DNA from: Bacteroidota bacterium
GTDB taxonomy: Bacteria > Bacteroidota > Ignavibacteria > Kapaibacteriales > HRBIN21
Length of the DNA stretch: 64,000 nt
Reading direction: 5' to 3'
Assembly: GCA_030550275.1 (NCBI GenBank)
Contig: JAUQPR010000001.1
Coordinates: forward strand, 177,766 to 241,765
Under the pieces are notes generated by a model. That model was not told the DNA's origin. It searched no databases and was given only the letters and a program-made list of their open reading frames with translations. Positions 21,401-28,886 of this stretch are shown here, one piece after another (position 1 is the first letter of the stretch; every line of letters begins with the position of its first letter). The translations under genes and the position numbers were made by a program.

Positions 21401-22318
21401 CTCGACCGTCGCGCGCTTGATTTGCTCCAGCAGCTCCTCGCTGAGGATCTCGCCGCGGTGGGCAAGGATCTCGCCCGTGCTCAGATCCACAACCTCCCCG
21501 GCGATGCGCCGTCCAACGTACTCGGGAAGCTGCTCCACTGGAACGATTTCGGAAAGCCCGAAGAGCTCGTCGATCTCCTCGTCCGAGGAGAACCCCAACG
21601 CCCGCAAGAAGGTGGTCACGGGGAACTTCTTCTTGCGGTCAATGTAGGCGTACATGATGTCGTTGGTGTCGATGACGAACTCCAGCCATGCGCCCCGCAA
21701 CGGAATGATGCGGGCGCTATAGATGGGCAATCCGGTCGCATGCAGCACGCGGTCGAAAAGCACCCCTGGCGAACGGTGGATTTGCGAAACGATGACGCGC
21801 TCGGCTCCGTTGATGATGAAGGTCCCCCGATCCGTCATCGCCGGGATGCTTCCCAAGTAGACCTCCTGCTCCACCGGCTCGATGTAATCCTCCGAGTCGG
21901 GCGAGACCTTGCTGGACAAGCGCAGCCGTGCCTTGAGCGTGTAAGCGTACGTCAGCTCACGCTCTCGGCACTCCTCTTCGGTGTACTTGGGGGGCTCGAT
22001 GGTGTAGGAGAGGAACTCCAACTGGTACACGCCGGAGGCATCTTCGACGGGGAAGTTGCTCAGAAATGCCTGCTGCAGTCCGACCGGTCGCCGCTGCTTT
22101 GGCGGCACATCCGCTTGCAGAAACTCCTGGTACGAGCGGAGCTGGACCTCCAGCAGGTCTGGGTACTCGACCGCCCACTTTGTCTTGGCAAAGCTTATGC
22201 GCTCGCGCAACTTCACCTCGTTGGCTTGCCCGTTATGGGAAGCTACTTCAGTGTTCGGCGTCAGCGGCTGAACACCGTTGGAGTTCTCTCCGGCACGGTC
22301 ACTGCGTCGGCGCGCCAT
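18422..22318 (-). CDS. rpoB: DNA-directed RNA polymerase subunit beta
   Basis: Conserved beta blocks throughout ([35 protein letters not shown], rifampicin-cluster regions). 1298 aa with a ~35-aa N-terminal extension. Lies 18 nt upstream of rpoC. Confidence 0.97.
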   Translation of the reverse strand: MARRRSDRAGENSNGVQPLTPNTEVASHNGQANEVKLRERISFAKTKWAVEYPDLLEVQLRSYQEFLQADVPPKQRRPVGLQQAFLSNFPVEDASGVYQLEFLSYTIEPPKYTEEECRERELTYAYTLKARLRLSSKVSPDSEDYIEPVEQEVYLGSIPAMTDRGTFIINGAERVIVSQIHRSPGVLFDRVLHATGLPIYSARIIPLRGAWLEFVIDTNDIMYAYIDRKKKFPVTTFLRALGFSSDEEIDELFGLSEIVPVEQLPEYVGRRIAGEVVDLSTGEILAHRGEILSEELLEQIKRATVESVRMFCHKDLDNEPVLVRTFSKDPTRSREEALEYIYKQMRSSEAPDLESAAQLLERLFFSPKRYELDTVGRFRLNTKLGLSVPLEVTHLTTEDVLATIRYLLEVREDRRDVDDQDHLANRRVRTVGEQLTAQLMLGLSRMARTIKERLSIYSGEEPLTPAELVNARTINSVINQFFGTNQLSQFMDQTNPLAELTHKRRVSALGPGGLNRERAGFEVRDVHYTHYGRLCPIETPEGPNIGLISSLALHARINEYGFIESPYRRVVNGRVTDEIHYLSPDEEEDKIIAPASTPVDADGRIAVPRVHARRSGDFVLVSPEEVEYMDVSTDQITSASAALIPFLEHDDANRALMGSNMQRQAVPLIRPEAPLVGTGMESRIARDARALLLAEGDGVVEYVSADEIRVRYDDTRSEEERLVSFDEPEVVTYRLKKFVRTNQDTCINQRPLVRVGERVRRGQPLADGAATDRGELALGRNVLVAFMPWRGYNFEDAIVISERLVAEDVFTSIHIEEFTLQVRDTKRGEEEFTPDIPNVSEEEIRHLDPNGLARVGTRVREGDILIGKVTPKGEADPTPEEKLLRAIFGDKAGDIRDVSLRAPAGLHGVVINTRLFSRHFYEDGQSRTRSERQRREEMEKKRREELGRLDRECVLRLGKLLQGQRCLGISDIDGRVVLRAGTKLSEEELLKRFEQGKFHPEKLPIPGEGDAWVEDEHVMHLVRQLLTNYHRKREEIERRIRAELSRLEAGEELPPGVLKMAKVYVAQKRKIQVGDKMAGRHGNKGVVAKIVPVEDMPFLPDGTPVDIVLNPLGVPSRMNLGQLLETALGWAAAKLGVYFASPVFDGASWEDVQEWLRKAGLPPDGKTILYDGRTGEPLNERVTVGYIYMMKLVHMVEDKIHARSTGPYALITQQPLGGRSRMGGQRLGEMEVWALEGYGAAFTLQEMLTLKSDDVVGRSELYNALVNGKPTPNPHVPEAVRVLQRELQGLGLEMEILP

Positions 22319-22447
22319 TGTGATGCCTACGGCGATGCTGAAACGACCTACTCACAGAGCAATGCGCACGGCACCCCTCCCCTGTATCCATCCAGGAGGA
22401 AGGACAGCCGTGCTGTTGGAGCCTTTACAAGCGCCAGCATATGGATT

Positions 22448-22461
22448 GGGGGAGCTCCCCC
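22448..22461 (-). promoter_or_regulatory. Perfect 14-bp palindrome GGGGGAGCTCCCCC (stem-loop) 10 nt downstream of the rplL stop; candidate rplL-rpoB attenuator or processing hairpin
   Basis: Self-complementary sequence read directly in the 153-nt rplL-rpoB spacer. No U-tract follows on the transcript, so it is not a classical intrinsic terminator. Confidence 0.4.
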
Positions 22462-22470
22462 AGGGAATGC

Positions 22471-22857
22471 TCACTTGATGGTCACCTTTGCTCCGACCTC
22501 TTCGAGCTTCTTCTTGATGGACTCGGCTTCCTCCTTGGAGACCCCCTCCTTGAGAATCTTCGGGGCAGCCTCTACAAGGTCCTTGGCTTCCTTGAGTCCC
22601 AGCCCGGTGAGCTCCCGCACGACCTTGATGACGTTGAGCTTCTGCGGACCGATCTCGGTCAGCTCCACGTCGAACTCCGTCTTCTCCTCAACAGCCGGCG
22701 CTGCCGCAGCCGGCGCTGCTCCCGGCGCTGCCGCCACCATCACAGGAGCTGCGGCGCTCACGCCGAAGCGCTCCTCGAGCGCCTTCTTCAGCTCGGCAGC
22801 TTCCAGCAGCGTGAGGTTGCTAATCTTTTCGACCAGTTCTTCCACAATGCCAGCCAT
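22471..22857 (-). CDS. rplL: 50S ribosomal protein L7/L12
   Basis: [33 protein letters not shown]..., Ala/Pro hinge, C-terminal [22 protein letters not shown]...GAKVTIK. Confidence 0.95.
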   Translation of the reverse strand: MAGIVEELVEKISNLTLLEAAELKKALEERFGVSAAAPVMVAAAPGAAPAAAAPAVEEKTEFDVELTEIGPQKLNVIKVVRELTGLGLKEAKDLVEAAPKILKEGVSKEEAESIKKKLEEVGAKVTIK

Positions 22858-22884
22858 TGCGATGGTCCCGTGAACAGTGAGACT

Positions 22885-23421
22885 TCACCCTTGCGTTGAT
22901 TCAGCTCGCTTGCGAGCGACTTCCTCAACCAGGTATGCAATATCGCGCAGCAGCGCTGACACGGCTCCAACGATCCCCGAGATCGGCGCCGCAATGCTTC
23001 CGGCAATACTCGCCATCAGCTCCTCCCGCGTCGGCAGCGAAGCCAGCCGCTCCAGCTCCGTTCCGTCGAAGAGCTGCCCTTCGACCACCGCAGCCTTGAA
23101 GCGCGGCTTTTCCATGCGCTTGATAAAATCGCGCAACACCCGCGCGGGAGCAATCGCGTCATCGTAGCTCAGCACCAGCCCGGTCTGCCCGTTGAGGTAG
23201 GGCTCCAGCTCCGTGTGATCACCGATGGACTGCAGCGCACGCCGAATGAGCGTGTTCTTGGCAACGCGGTACTCCAGCCCCTTCGGGTAGAGCTCCTTGC
23301 GCAGCTCGCGGGAGTCTGCCACAGTCATTCCGACAAAGTCTACAAGGTAGATTCCGCGCGCACGCTGCAGCTTCTGCTGCAGTTGCTCAACGATCTCCAC
23401 TTTCCGCTGCCGTGTCAGCAT
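22885..23421 (-). CDS. rplJ: 50S ribosomal protein L10
   Basis: MLTRQRKVEIVEQLQQKLQRARGIYLVDFVGMTVADSRELRKEL... Position between rplA and rplL. Confidence 0.9.
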   Translation of the reverse strand: MLTRQRKVEIVEQLQQKLQRARGIYLVDFVGMTVADSRELRKELYPKGLEYRVAKNTLIRRALQSIGDHTELEPYLNGQTGLVLSYDDAIAPARVLRDFIKRMEKPRFKAAVVEGQLFDGTELERLASLPTREELMASIAGSIAAPISGIVGAVSALLRDIAYLVEEVARKRAESTQG

Positions 23422-23453
23422 CGTTTCCTCCGCTCTCAAGGCTCACGCGCGTG

Positions 23454-24173
23454 CTACTCACGTGCCCGCACCAACGAGGATTCGCTGATGGGGATGCTGG
23501 GTCCCATCGTCGAAGTCAAGTACACCCCACGGATGTACTTCCCACGCGCTGCCGGCGGCTTGGCACGCAGCAAACTTTCCACAACAGCGCGAACGTTTTC
23601 TACAAGCTTCTCCACAGGGAAGGATGCCTTCCCCACAGCAACGTGGACGTTGCCACCCTTATCCACGCGGTACTCCACCCGTCCGGCTTTGGCTTCCCGC
23701 ACCGCCGTTGCAACGTCGAAGGTCACCGTTCCACTCTTCGGGTTGGGCATCAACCCACGGGGTCCCAAGATGCGCCCCAGCTTCCCCACCTCCCCCATGA
23801 CATCGGGGGTTGCGATGGCAACGTCGAACTCCAGCCACCCGTTTTGGATCTTCTCGATGTACTCCTGCAGCCCGGCGTAATCGGCACCGGCTTGCAGGGC
23901 TTCCTGGTCCTTGGGGGGCTTTGCAAAGACCAACACGCGCACCGGCTTCCCCGTCCCATGCGGCAGGACAACGCTCCCGCGCACCATCTGGTCGGCTTTG
24001 CGTGGGTCCACTCCCAGCCGTACGGCGAGCTCAATTGTCTCATCGAACTTCGCCGTGGCAACCTGCTTGAGCGCCTCGACCGCTTTCTCCAACGGCACTG
24101 GTCCCTCCGTCTGCAGCAATTGCTTGAGCGTCTCCACCGCCGCTCGATACCGTTTGCTCCGCTTTTTCGCCAT
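23454..24173 (-). CDS. rplA: 50S ribosomal protein L1
   Basis: [14 protein letters not shown]..., [41 protein letters not shown]. Start at 24173 within track ORF 23454..24296. Confidence 0.9.
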   Translation of the reverse strand: MAKKRSKRYRAAVETLKQLLQTEGPVPLEKAVEALKQVATAKFDETIELAVRLGVDPRKADQMVRGSVVLPHGTGKPVRVLVFAKPPKDQEALQAGADYAGLQEYIEKIQNGWLEFDVAIATPDVMGEVGKLGRILGPRGLMPNPKSGTVTFDVATAVREAKAGRVEYRVDKGGNVHVAVGKASFPVEKLVENVRAVVESLLRAKPPAARGKYIRGVYLTSTMGPSIPISESSLVRARE

Positions 24174-24192
24174 TGCGCTTGCCCTGATGGGG

Positions 24193-24618
24193 TCACCCTT
24201 CCACCACAATGCCCATGCTGCGGGCAGTGCCCTCCAGCATGCGGACGGCGCTCTCCAGGCTATCGCAGTTGAGGTCCGCCATCTTCTGGCGGGCAATCTC
24301 CTCCAACTGCGCTCGCGTGACCTTGCCGACCTTGACCCGATTGGGCTCAGAGGAGCCCTTCTCGATGCCAGCTGCCTTCATCAGCAGCACCGAGGCTGGC
24401 GGGGATTTGACCACAAAGGTGAAGCTCTTGTCCGAGTAGTAGGTCACCACCACTGGCACGAGCATGCCCGCCATCTTGGCGGTGCGGGCGTTGAACTGCT
24501 TGACGAACTCCATTCCGTTGAGCCCGCGCTGACCAAAGGCAGGTCCCACCGGTGGCGCCATCGTTGCCTCGCCCGCTTTGAGCAGCAGCTTGAACGTACC
24601 GACGACCTTCCGTGCCAT
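24193..24618 (-). CDS. rplK: 50S ribosomal protein L11
   Basis: [44 protein letters not shown]... is the canonical L11 N-terminus. Confidence 0.92.
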   Translation of the reverse strand: MARKVVGTFKLLLKAGEATMAPPVGPAFGQRGLNGMEFVKQFNARTAKMAGMLVPVVVTYYSDKSFTFVVKSPPASVLLMKAAGIEKGSSEPNRVKVGKVTRAQLEEIARQKMADLNCDSLESAVRMLEGTARSMGIVVEG

Positions 24619-24673
24619 CGCCCTACCCTGTCGCTGCAATCGCCTTGTGACGAATCATCTCTGCGCTTGAGTG

Positions 24674-25258
24674 TTACGAGCTCCCACTCTGCACCGCCAA
24701 CTCCACCTGTCCGATATCCAGCTCCACTGGCGTTTTCCGCCCCAGGATACCAACCTCGACCTTGAGCTTCTGCCGCTCGAGATTGACCTCCTTGACCACA
24801 CCGACGAAATTGGCAAAGGGACCCTCGATGATGCGGACCGGATCGCCCACGCTAAACTGAGTCTCGATCGTTGCCGTATGCTTGCGCTCCTCAAGCCGTG
24901 CCAGGATGCGCTCCACCTCCTCCGGACGCAGTGGGACCGGCTGCGTTCGGGTGCCGGCAAACCCCACTACGCCGGTAATCCCCTCGATGAGCTGCTGGAG
25001 CTTGCGGTCCATCGCGGCTTCGATGAGGATGTAGCCCGGAAGGAAGCTCCGCTTTCGGGTGCGCCGCTTGCCGCTGCGGATCTCGAAGACGGTCTCCTCC
25101 GGCACCAGAATCGTGCGCACTCGGTCGCTCATGCCATGGAGCTTCAACTCATGCTCCAGCCGCTGCTTGACCCGGTTCTCCTGCCCGCTGGCAGTGTAGA
25201 GGGCATACCAGCGAAACTGCACGGGGCTCTGCTCGGTGCTACGCTCGGGGGAGACCAT
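24674..25258 (-). CDS. nusG: Transcription termination/antitermination factor NusG
   Basis: NGN domain (WYALYTASGQENRV) and C-terminal KOW (FSVGDPVRIIEGPFANFVGVVKEV). Start at MVSPERS (25258). Position between secE and rplK. Confidence 0.9.
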   Translation of the reverse strand: MVSPERSTEQSPVQFRWYALYTASGQENRVKQRLEHELKLHGMSDRVRTILVPEETVFEIRSGKRRTRKRSFLPGYILIEAAMDRKLQQLIEGITGVVGFAGTRTQPVPLRPEEVERILARLEERKHTATIETQFSVGDPVRIIEGPFANFVGVVKEVNLERQKLKVEVGILGRKTPVELDIGQVELAVQSGSS

Positions 25259-25266
25259 CGGGGGTA

Positions 25267-25449
25267 TCAGAAGATGAACCGCAGAATCGCTGTCACCAGC
25301 GTATCCACAATCCAGGCAAATCCTGCCATGAGCAGGCACGCAACAGCAACGACGATGCTGGACTCGCGCAACTGCTCGCGCGTCGGCCAGGACACCTTCT
25401 GCATCTCCCGGACGACCTCCTGACCGAACGCCTTGATCTTGGCTATCAT
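25267..25449 (-). CDS. secE: Preprotein translocase subunit SecE (60 aa, single TM)
   Basis: MIAKIKAFGQEVVREMQKVSWPTREQLRESSIVVAVACLLMAGFAWIVDTLV. Immediately downstream of tRNA-Trp and upstream of nusG, the canonical synteny. Confidence 0.8.
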   Translation of the reverse strand: MIAKIKAFGQEVVREMQKVSWPTREQLRESSIVVAVACLLMAGFAWIVDTLVTAILRFIF

Positions 25450-25483
25450 TGCCTTGGTTCCTACTGCTCGCCACACGTTGCTG

Positions 25484-25556
25484 CACGGGTGGAGGGACTC
25501 GAACCCCCAACCTGCGGTTTTGGAGACCGCTGCTCTACCACTTGAGCTACACCCGT
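25484..25556 (-). tRNA. tRNA-Trp (anticodon CCA)
   Basis: Folded by hand: ACGGGTG-TA-GCTC-AAGTGGTA-GAGC-A-GCGGT-CTCCAAA-ACCGC-AGGTT-GGGGG-TTCGAGT-CCCTC-CACCCGT-G. 73 nt, CCA not encoded. Confidence 0.85.
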
Positions 25557-25557
25557 G

Positions 25558-25629
25558 AGCTGATGGCCGGATTTGAACCGGCGACCCCGTCCTTACCAAG
25601 GACGTGCTCTACCACTGAGCTACATCAGC
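25558..25629 (-). tRNA. tRNA-Thr (anticodon GGU)
   Basis: GCTGATG-TA-GCTC-AGTGGTA-GAGC-A-CGTCC-TTGGTAA-GGACG-GGGTC-GCCGG-TTCAAAT-CCGGC-CATCAGC-T. 72 nt. Only a 1-nt spacer to tRNA-Trp. Confidence 0.8.
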
Positions 25630-25638
25630 CCGATGGAG

Positions 25639-25711
25639 AGCGGGAGACGGGACTCGAACCCGCGACCCTCGGCTTGGGAAGCCGATGCTCTACCAACTGA
25701 GCTACTCCCGC
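25639..25711 (-). tRNA. tRNA-Gly (anticodon CCC), copy 1
   Basis: GCGGGAG-TA-GCTC-AGTTGGTA-GAGC-A-TCGGC-TTCCCAA-GCCGA-GGGTC-GCGGG-TTCGAGT-CCCGT-CTCCCGC-T. 73 nt. Confidence 0.8.
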
Positions 25712-25717
25712 ACTCAG

Positions 25718-25790
25718 AGCGGGAGACGGGACTCGAACCCGCGACCCCGAGCTTGGAAGGCTCGCGCTCTACCAACTGAGCTACTCCCGC
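25718..25790 (-). tRNA. tRNA-Gly (anticodon UCC)
   Basis: Same body as copy 1, but anticodon arm CGAGC-CTTCCAA-GCTCG. 73 nt. Confidence 0.8.
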
Positions 25791-25796
25791 GCTCAG

Positions 25797-25869
25797 AGCG
25801 GGAAACGGGACTCGAACCCGCGACCCTCGGCTTGGGAAGCCGATGCTCTACCAACTGAGCTATTCCCGC
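25797..25869 (-). tRNA. tRNA-Gly (anticodon CCC), copy 2
   Basis: GCGGGAA...TTCCCGC acceptor stem, otherwise identical to copy 1. 73 nt. Confidence 0.8.
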
Positions 25870-25870
25870 G

Positions 25871-25954
25871 TGGGCAGGGGAGGATTCGAACCTCCGAAGG
25901 CGTTCCGCCAGCAGATTTACAGTCTGCCCCGTTTGACCGCTTCGGTACCTGCCC
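25871..25954 (-). tRNA. tRNA-Tyr (anticodon GUA), long variable arm
   Basis: GGGCAGG-TA-CCGAAGCGGTCAAACGGG-GCAGA-CTGTAAA-TCTGC-(long variable arm)-GGAGG-TTCGAAT-CCTCC-CCTGCCC-A. 84 nt. Aligns closely with E. coli tyrT. Only 1 nt from tRNA-Gly copy 2. Confidence 0.8.
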
Positions 25955-25963
25955 GGCAGCTTG

Positions 25964-25998
25964 CAAATATAGAAACTTTGCTGCTGCCTGCAGGCAAA
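25964..25998 (-). promoter_or_regulatory. Candidate Bacteroidota-type sigma-A promoter for the tRNA array: -33 TTTG (25995-25998), 23-nt spacer, -7 TATATTTG (25964-25971), 9 nt before the tRNA-Tyr 5' end
   Basis: Read on the minus strand: AGTTTGCC...AAAGTTTC-TATATTTG-CAAGCTGCC-GGGCAGG(tRNA). The TAnnTTTG motif also occurs ~43 nt upstream of glgA (47564-47571), ~30 nt upstream of the BNR gene (49754-49761), 5 nt upstream of the 63305 ATG (63292-63299) and ~17 nt upstream of the 9775 ATG. Confidence 0.4.
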
Positions 25999-25999
25999 C

Positions 26000-27112
26000 T
26001 CAGGCTACCTCCGCGCGCGCAACCCGGACAAGCCGCAGGAATTCATCGAAGATGTACGTGGCATCGTGCGGTCCCGGCGCCGCTTCGGGATGGTACTGCA
26101 CCGACATCACCGGTAGACTCCGATGCTGCATCCCCTCCAGCGTGCCGTCATTGAGATTGATGTGCGTCACCTCCAGCTCCGGCGGCAGAGTGTCCGGGTC
26201 CACCGCAAAGCCATGGTTCTGCGACGTAATCTCCACCACACCCGTGTGCAGGTTCAACACCGGATGGTTGGCTCCATGGTGCCCGAACTTGAGCTTGTAG
26301 GTCCGCGCCCCAAGGGCAAGCCCCAGGAGCTGATGCCCCAGGCAGATCCCCAGAATCGGATATCCCCGCGCCACCAGCTCCCGAACCAGTGGCAGCGCGT
26401 AGGTGATTGCGGCCGGGTCCCCCGGACCATTTGAGAGCACGATCCCATCGGGCGCGCACGCGAGCAGCTCGTGCAGCTCCACCCGCGCTGGGAACACACG
26501 CACTCGGCAGCCGCGCCGCGCCAAATTCCGCAAAATGTTGCGCTTAACACCGAAATCCACCACCGCAATCAGCGCTCCCGTCTCCAATCCCTCATCCGTC
26601 CACCAGTACGGGGCGCGGCACCCTACGCGATCGGTCAAATCCTGCCCCTCCATCGGCGGCAGCGAACGGGCACGCTCGACTAACTCCTCCGGCGACGCCG
26701 TTGCCGAGATCACCCCGCGGAGCGCCCCATACTCCCGAATCATCCGTACCAGCATGCGCGTGTCCACCCCTTCGATCCCCACTACCCCCTCCCGCTGCAG
26801 GTACTCCTGTAGGCTCAGCTTCGCCCGCCAGTTCGAATAGACCGGCGAGCACTCGTGCACGACGATTCCTTCAACCTGCACCCGCTCCGACTCGCCGTCC
26901 TCCAAGGTGATGCCGTAGTTGCCGATGTGCGGGTAGGTGAAGGTGACAATCTGCCCGCGGTAGCTTGGATCGGTCAGGATCTCCTCGTACCCGCTCATCG
27001 CGGTGTTGAAAACCACCTCTCCGGCAGCCTCCCGCTCCACAGCTCCGATGGCATATCCGGCAAAGACGGCTCCGTTTTCCAACGCCAAGTAGGCTCGAAC
27101 TCGTCGGTGCAT
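26000..27112 (-). CDS. carA: Carbamoyl-phosphate synthase small (glutamine amidotransferase) subunit
   Basis: N-terminal CPSase small-chain region ([16 protein letters not shown]...[37 protein letters not shown]) and a class I GATase with catalytic Cys in [12 protein letters not shown] and HGANHPV. Start at 27112. Confidence 0.9.
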   Translation of the reverse strand: MHRRVRAYLALENGAVFAGYAIGAVEREAAGEVVFNTAMSGYEEILTDPSYRGQIVTFTYPHIGNYGITLEDGESERVQVEGIVVHECSPVYSNWRAKLSLQEYLQREGVVGIEGVDTRMLVRMIREYGALRGVISATASPEELVERARSLPPMEGQDLTDRVGCRAPYWWTDEGLETGALIAVVDFGVKRNILRNLARRGCRVRVFPARVELHELLACAPDGIVLSNGPGDPAAITYALPLVRELVARGYPILGICLGHQLLGLALGARTYKLKFGHHGANHPVLNLHTGVVEITSQNHGFAVDPDTLPPELEVTHINLNDGTLEGMQHRSLPVMSVQYHPEAAPGPHDATYIFDEFLRLVRVARAEVA

Positions 27113-27137
27113 GGGGCTTGGTCGACTGCGTCGGGGA

Positions 27138-27166
27138 CGCAAATTAGCAAGACTGTGTAATTTGCG
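27138..27166. promoter_or_regulatory. Inverted repeat CGCAAATTA-(11 nt)-TAATTTGCG in the divergent carA / HNH intergenic region; candidate operator or promoter element
   Basis: Perfect 9-bp arms at 27138-27146 and 27158-27166 in a locally AT-rich patch, between the carA start (27112, minus) and the HNH gene (27245, plus). Confidence 0.35.
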
Positions 27167-27244
27167 GTGCGTTGGAACCTGTCCAACCGCTCAAGAGGCG
27201 CTCCCTTCGCGGCGCACTTTCAGCCCATAGGTGTTCGCAACGGA

Positions 27245-27781
27245 ATGCCGCATACGGCACCGGCGCACGGCAATCCGCTCAACAAGCGGGTGCTGGTGCT
27301 GAACCGAGGATATGAGCCCGTGAGCATCTGCACGGTCAAGAAAGCCGTGGTGCTGCTGGTGCTGGCAAAAGCCGAGCTTGTAGAGGCGCGCACGGAGATG
27401 CTGCTCCACAGCGTCTCGGCAGCCTATCCGGTGCCGAGTGTCATTCGATTGCTCTCCTCCATTCGCGTGCCGTACCAGCACATTGAGCTGACGCGGCGCA
27501 ACATCATGCGGCGCGACGGCTTCCAGTGCCAATACTGCGGGGCAACGGATGTCCCGTTGACCATTGACCACGTCCTGCCGCGCTCCCGCGGAGGCACCGA
27601 CAGTTGGGAGAATCTCGTCTGCGCCTGCATCCGGTGCAACAACCTCAAAGGCGACCGCACCCCGGAGGAGGCTGGAATGCGCCTGCTCCGCCCACCGCGG
27701 CGCCCCCACCCCATCCTCTTCCTCAAGCAGTTCGTGGGGAAGTTCGAAGAGAGCTGGCGCCCCTACCTCTTCATGGATTGA
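27245..27781 (+). CDS. HNH endonuclease family protein (~178 aa)
   Basis: HNH motif CQYCGATDVPLTIDHVLPRSRGGTDSWENLVCACIRCNNLKGDRTPEEAG. Start chosen at MPHTAPAH (27245); the track ORF begins at GTG 27167. Confidence 0.7.
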   Translation: MPHTAPAHGNPLNKRVLVLNRGYEPVSICTVKKAVVLLVLAKAELVEARTEMLLHSVSAAYPVPSVIRLLSSIRVPYQHIELTRRNIMRRDGFQCQYCGATDVPLTIDHVLPRSRGGTDSWENLVCACIRCNNLKGDRTPEEAGMRLLRPPRRPHPILFLKQFVGKFEESWRPYLFMD

Positions 27782-27785
27782 GCAC

Positions 27786-28886
27786 ATGCTGTTTCCGTAC
27801 GCGGTACTACTGCTCCCCGGGCTTGCCGCGGCTGCCCTCCTGCGGTGCAGCTCTTCGGAGGCGGTGCCCGCTCCTGCGCTCCCGACGGTCGCACGCCATC
27901 CCTGGTACACCCGCGAACACCATCGAGAGGGGAGATTCGCCAACCTGGAGCCTCCGCTGGAGCGCCCCTTCTGGCGCAGTGTGCGCTGGATTGCTCGAAA
28001 GCTGCTCTCCCCACAGCGCCAGCATCCCCCAACCCCGTTTGAGCCGCTCTCGCCACATCGCCTCCGCGAACCCTCGCCAGGGCTACGCTTTGCATGGCTG
28101 GGGCATAGCACCGTGCTGCTCCAGCTTCCAACGGCGACGCTGTTGACCGACCCCATCTTCAGCCAGCGGGCAAGTCCGGTCTCCTTCGCCGGTCCACTGC
28201 GCCAGGTCCCTGTACCGCTTGCGCCGGACTCGCTCCCCCACATTGATATTGTGCTGCTCTCGCACGACCACTACGACCACCTGGACCGTGCATCGGTGGA
28301 GTTCCTCGCCCGCCGGTTTGACCCGCTCTTCCTTGTGCCCCTGGGGGTCGGCAAGCGGCTGCGCACCTGGGGCATCCGCCGCGTCGTGGAGCTGGACTGG
28401 TGGGAGTACGTTGACTACGCTGGGCTGCGGATCCACTGTACCCCGGCTCGCCACTTCTCCGGACGGGGGCTGACCGACCGCAACCGCACCCTCTGGGCAA
28501 GCTGGTACGTGCATACGCACGGCGACGACGCCCTCCGCATCTACTTTGCCGGCGACACCGGCTTTGGAGTGCACTTTGAGCTCATCCGGACCCGCCTTGG
28601 GGCTCCGCTACTCTGCCTGATGCCCATCGGGGCATACGAGCCGCGATGGTTCATGCGCGAGGTCCACGTAGACCCAGCCGAAGCGCTCCGCGCCGCCGTC
28701 CAGCTCGGAGCGCGCCACCTGCTTCCCATCCACTGGGGAACCTTCGACCAAGCCGATGAGGGGTTGCAGGACCCACCACGCCAACTGCTGCTGGAGTATC
28801 GCCGCCGAGCCGCCTCAGAGCGGCTTCCCCAGCTCCATCTCCTGCCCGTGGGAGGGGTGGATTCGCTGCTGAGCTCAGCGCCCTAA
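27786..28886 (+). CDS. MBL-fold metallo-hydrolase (NAPE-PLD-like Zn-dependent hydrolase)
   Basis: VLLSHDHYDHLD metal-binding motif, downstream His/Asp ligands (IYFAGDTGFG, HWGTFD). Starts 5 nt after the HNH stop. Confidence 0.7.
   Translation: MLFPYAVLLLPGLAAAALLRCSSSEAVPAPALPTVARHPWYTREHHREGRFANLEPPLERPFWRSVRWIARKLLSPQRQHPPTPFEPLSPHRLREPSPGLRFAWLGHSTVLLQLPTATLLTDPIFSQRASPVSFAGPLRQVPVPLAPDSLPHIDIVLLSHDHYDHLDRASVEFLARRFDPLFLVPLGVGKRLRTWGIRRVVELDWWEYVDYAGLRIHCTPARHFSGRGLTDRNRTLWASWYVHTHGDDALRIYFAGDTGFGVHFELIRTRLGAPLLCLMPIGAYEPRWFMREVHVDPAEALRAAVQLGARHLLPIHWGTFDQADEGLQDPPRQLLLEYRRRAASERLPQLHLLPVGGVDSLLSSAP

Noticed and set aside
13841-22873. Long plus-strand ORFs antisense to rpoC/rpoB/rplL (13841..16771 976 aa, 16802..18589 595 aa, 18716..19603, 19781..20857, 21053..22873)
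   Set aside because: They lie entirely antisense to unmistakable RNAP genes. Their products are low-complexity Arg/Ala/Gly/Leu/His-rich strings with no motifs. Stop-free antisense frames are expected at this GC content.
23422-23453. Searched for the long L10 (rplJ) autoregulatory leader and other ribosomal-protein leader RNAs
   Set aside because: The rplA-rplJ spacer is only 32 nt and the nusG-rplK spacer 55 nt. That is too short for the E. coli-type L10 leader, so no structured leader feature is reported.
25558-25869. Possible CRISPR-like array from the three near-identical 73-nt repeats
   Set aside because: The repeats fold as canonical tRNA-Gly cloverleaves with anticodons CCC/UCC/CCC; the spacers are only 6 nt; no cas genes are present.
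25449-26154. Plus-strand small ORFs 25449..25700, 25573..25779 and 25843..26154 (peptides such as GFEPATPS, RETGLEPATL, GGFEPPKA)
   Set aside because: They are translations of the antisense of tRNA genes (the characteristic GFEP/TGLEP peptides of T-arm sequences). The region is the six-tRNA array.
27167-27244. Upstream GTG start (27167) for the HNH gene, as given in the ORF track
   Set aside because: Not excluded, but the first 26 residues ([26 protein letters not shown]) look non-conserved and would place the start inside the palindromic putative operator. ATG 27245 gives a typical HNH-protein N-terminus (LNKRVLVLNRGYEP).
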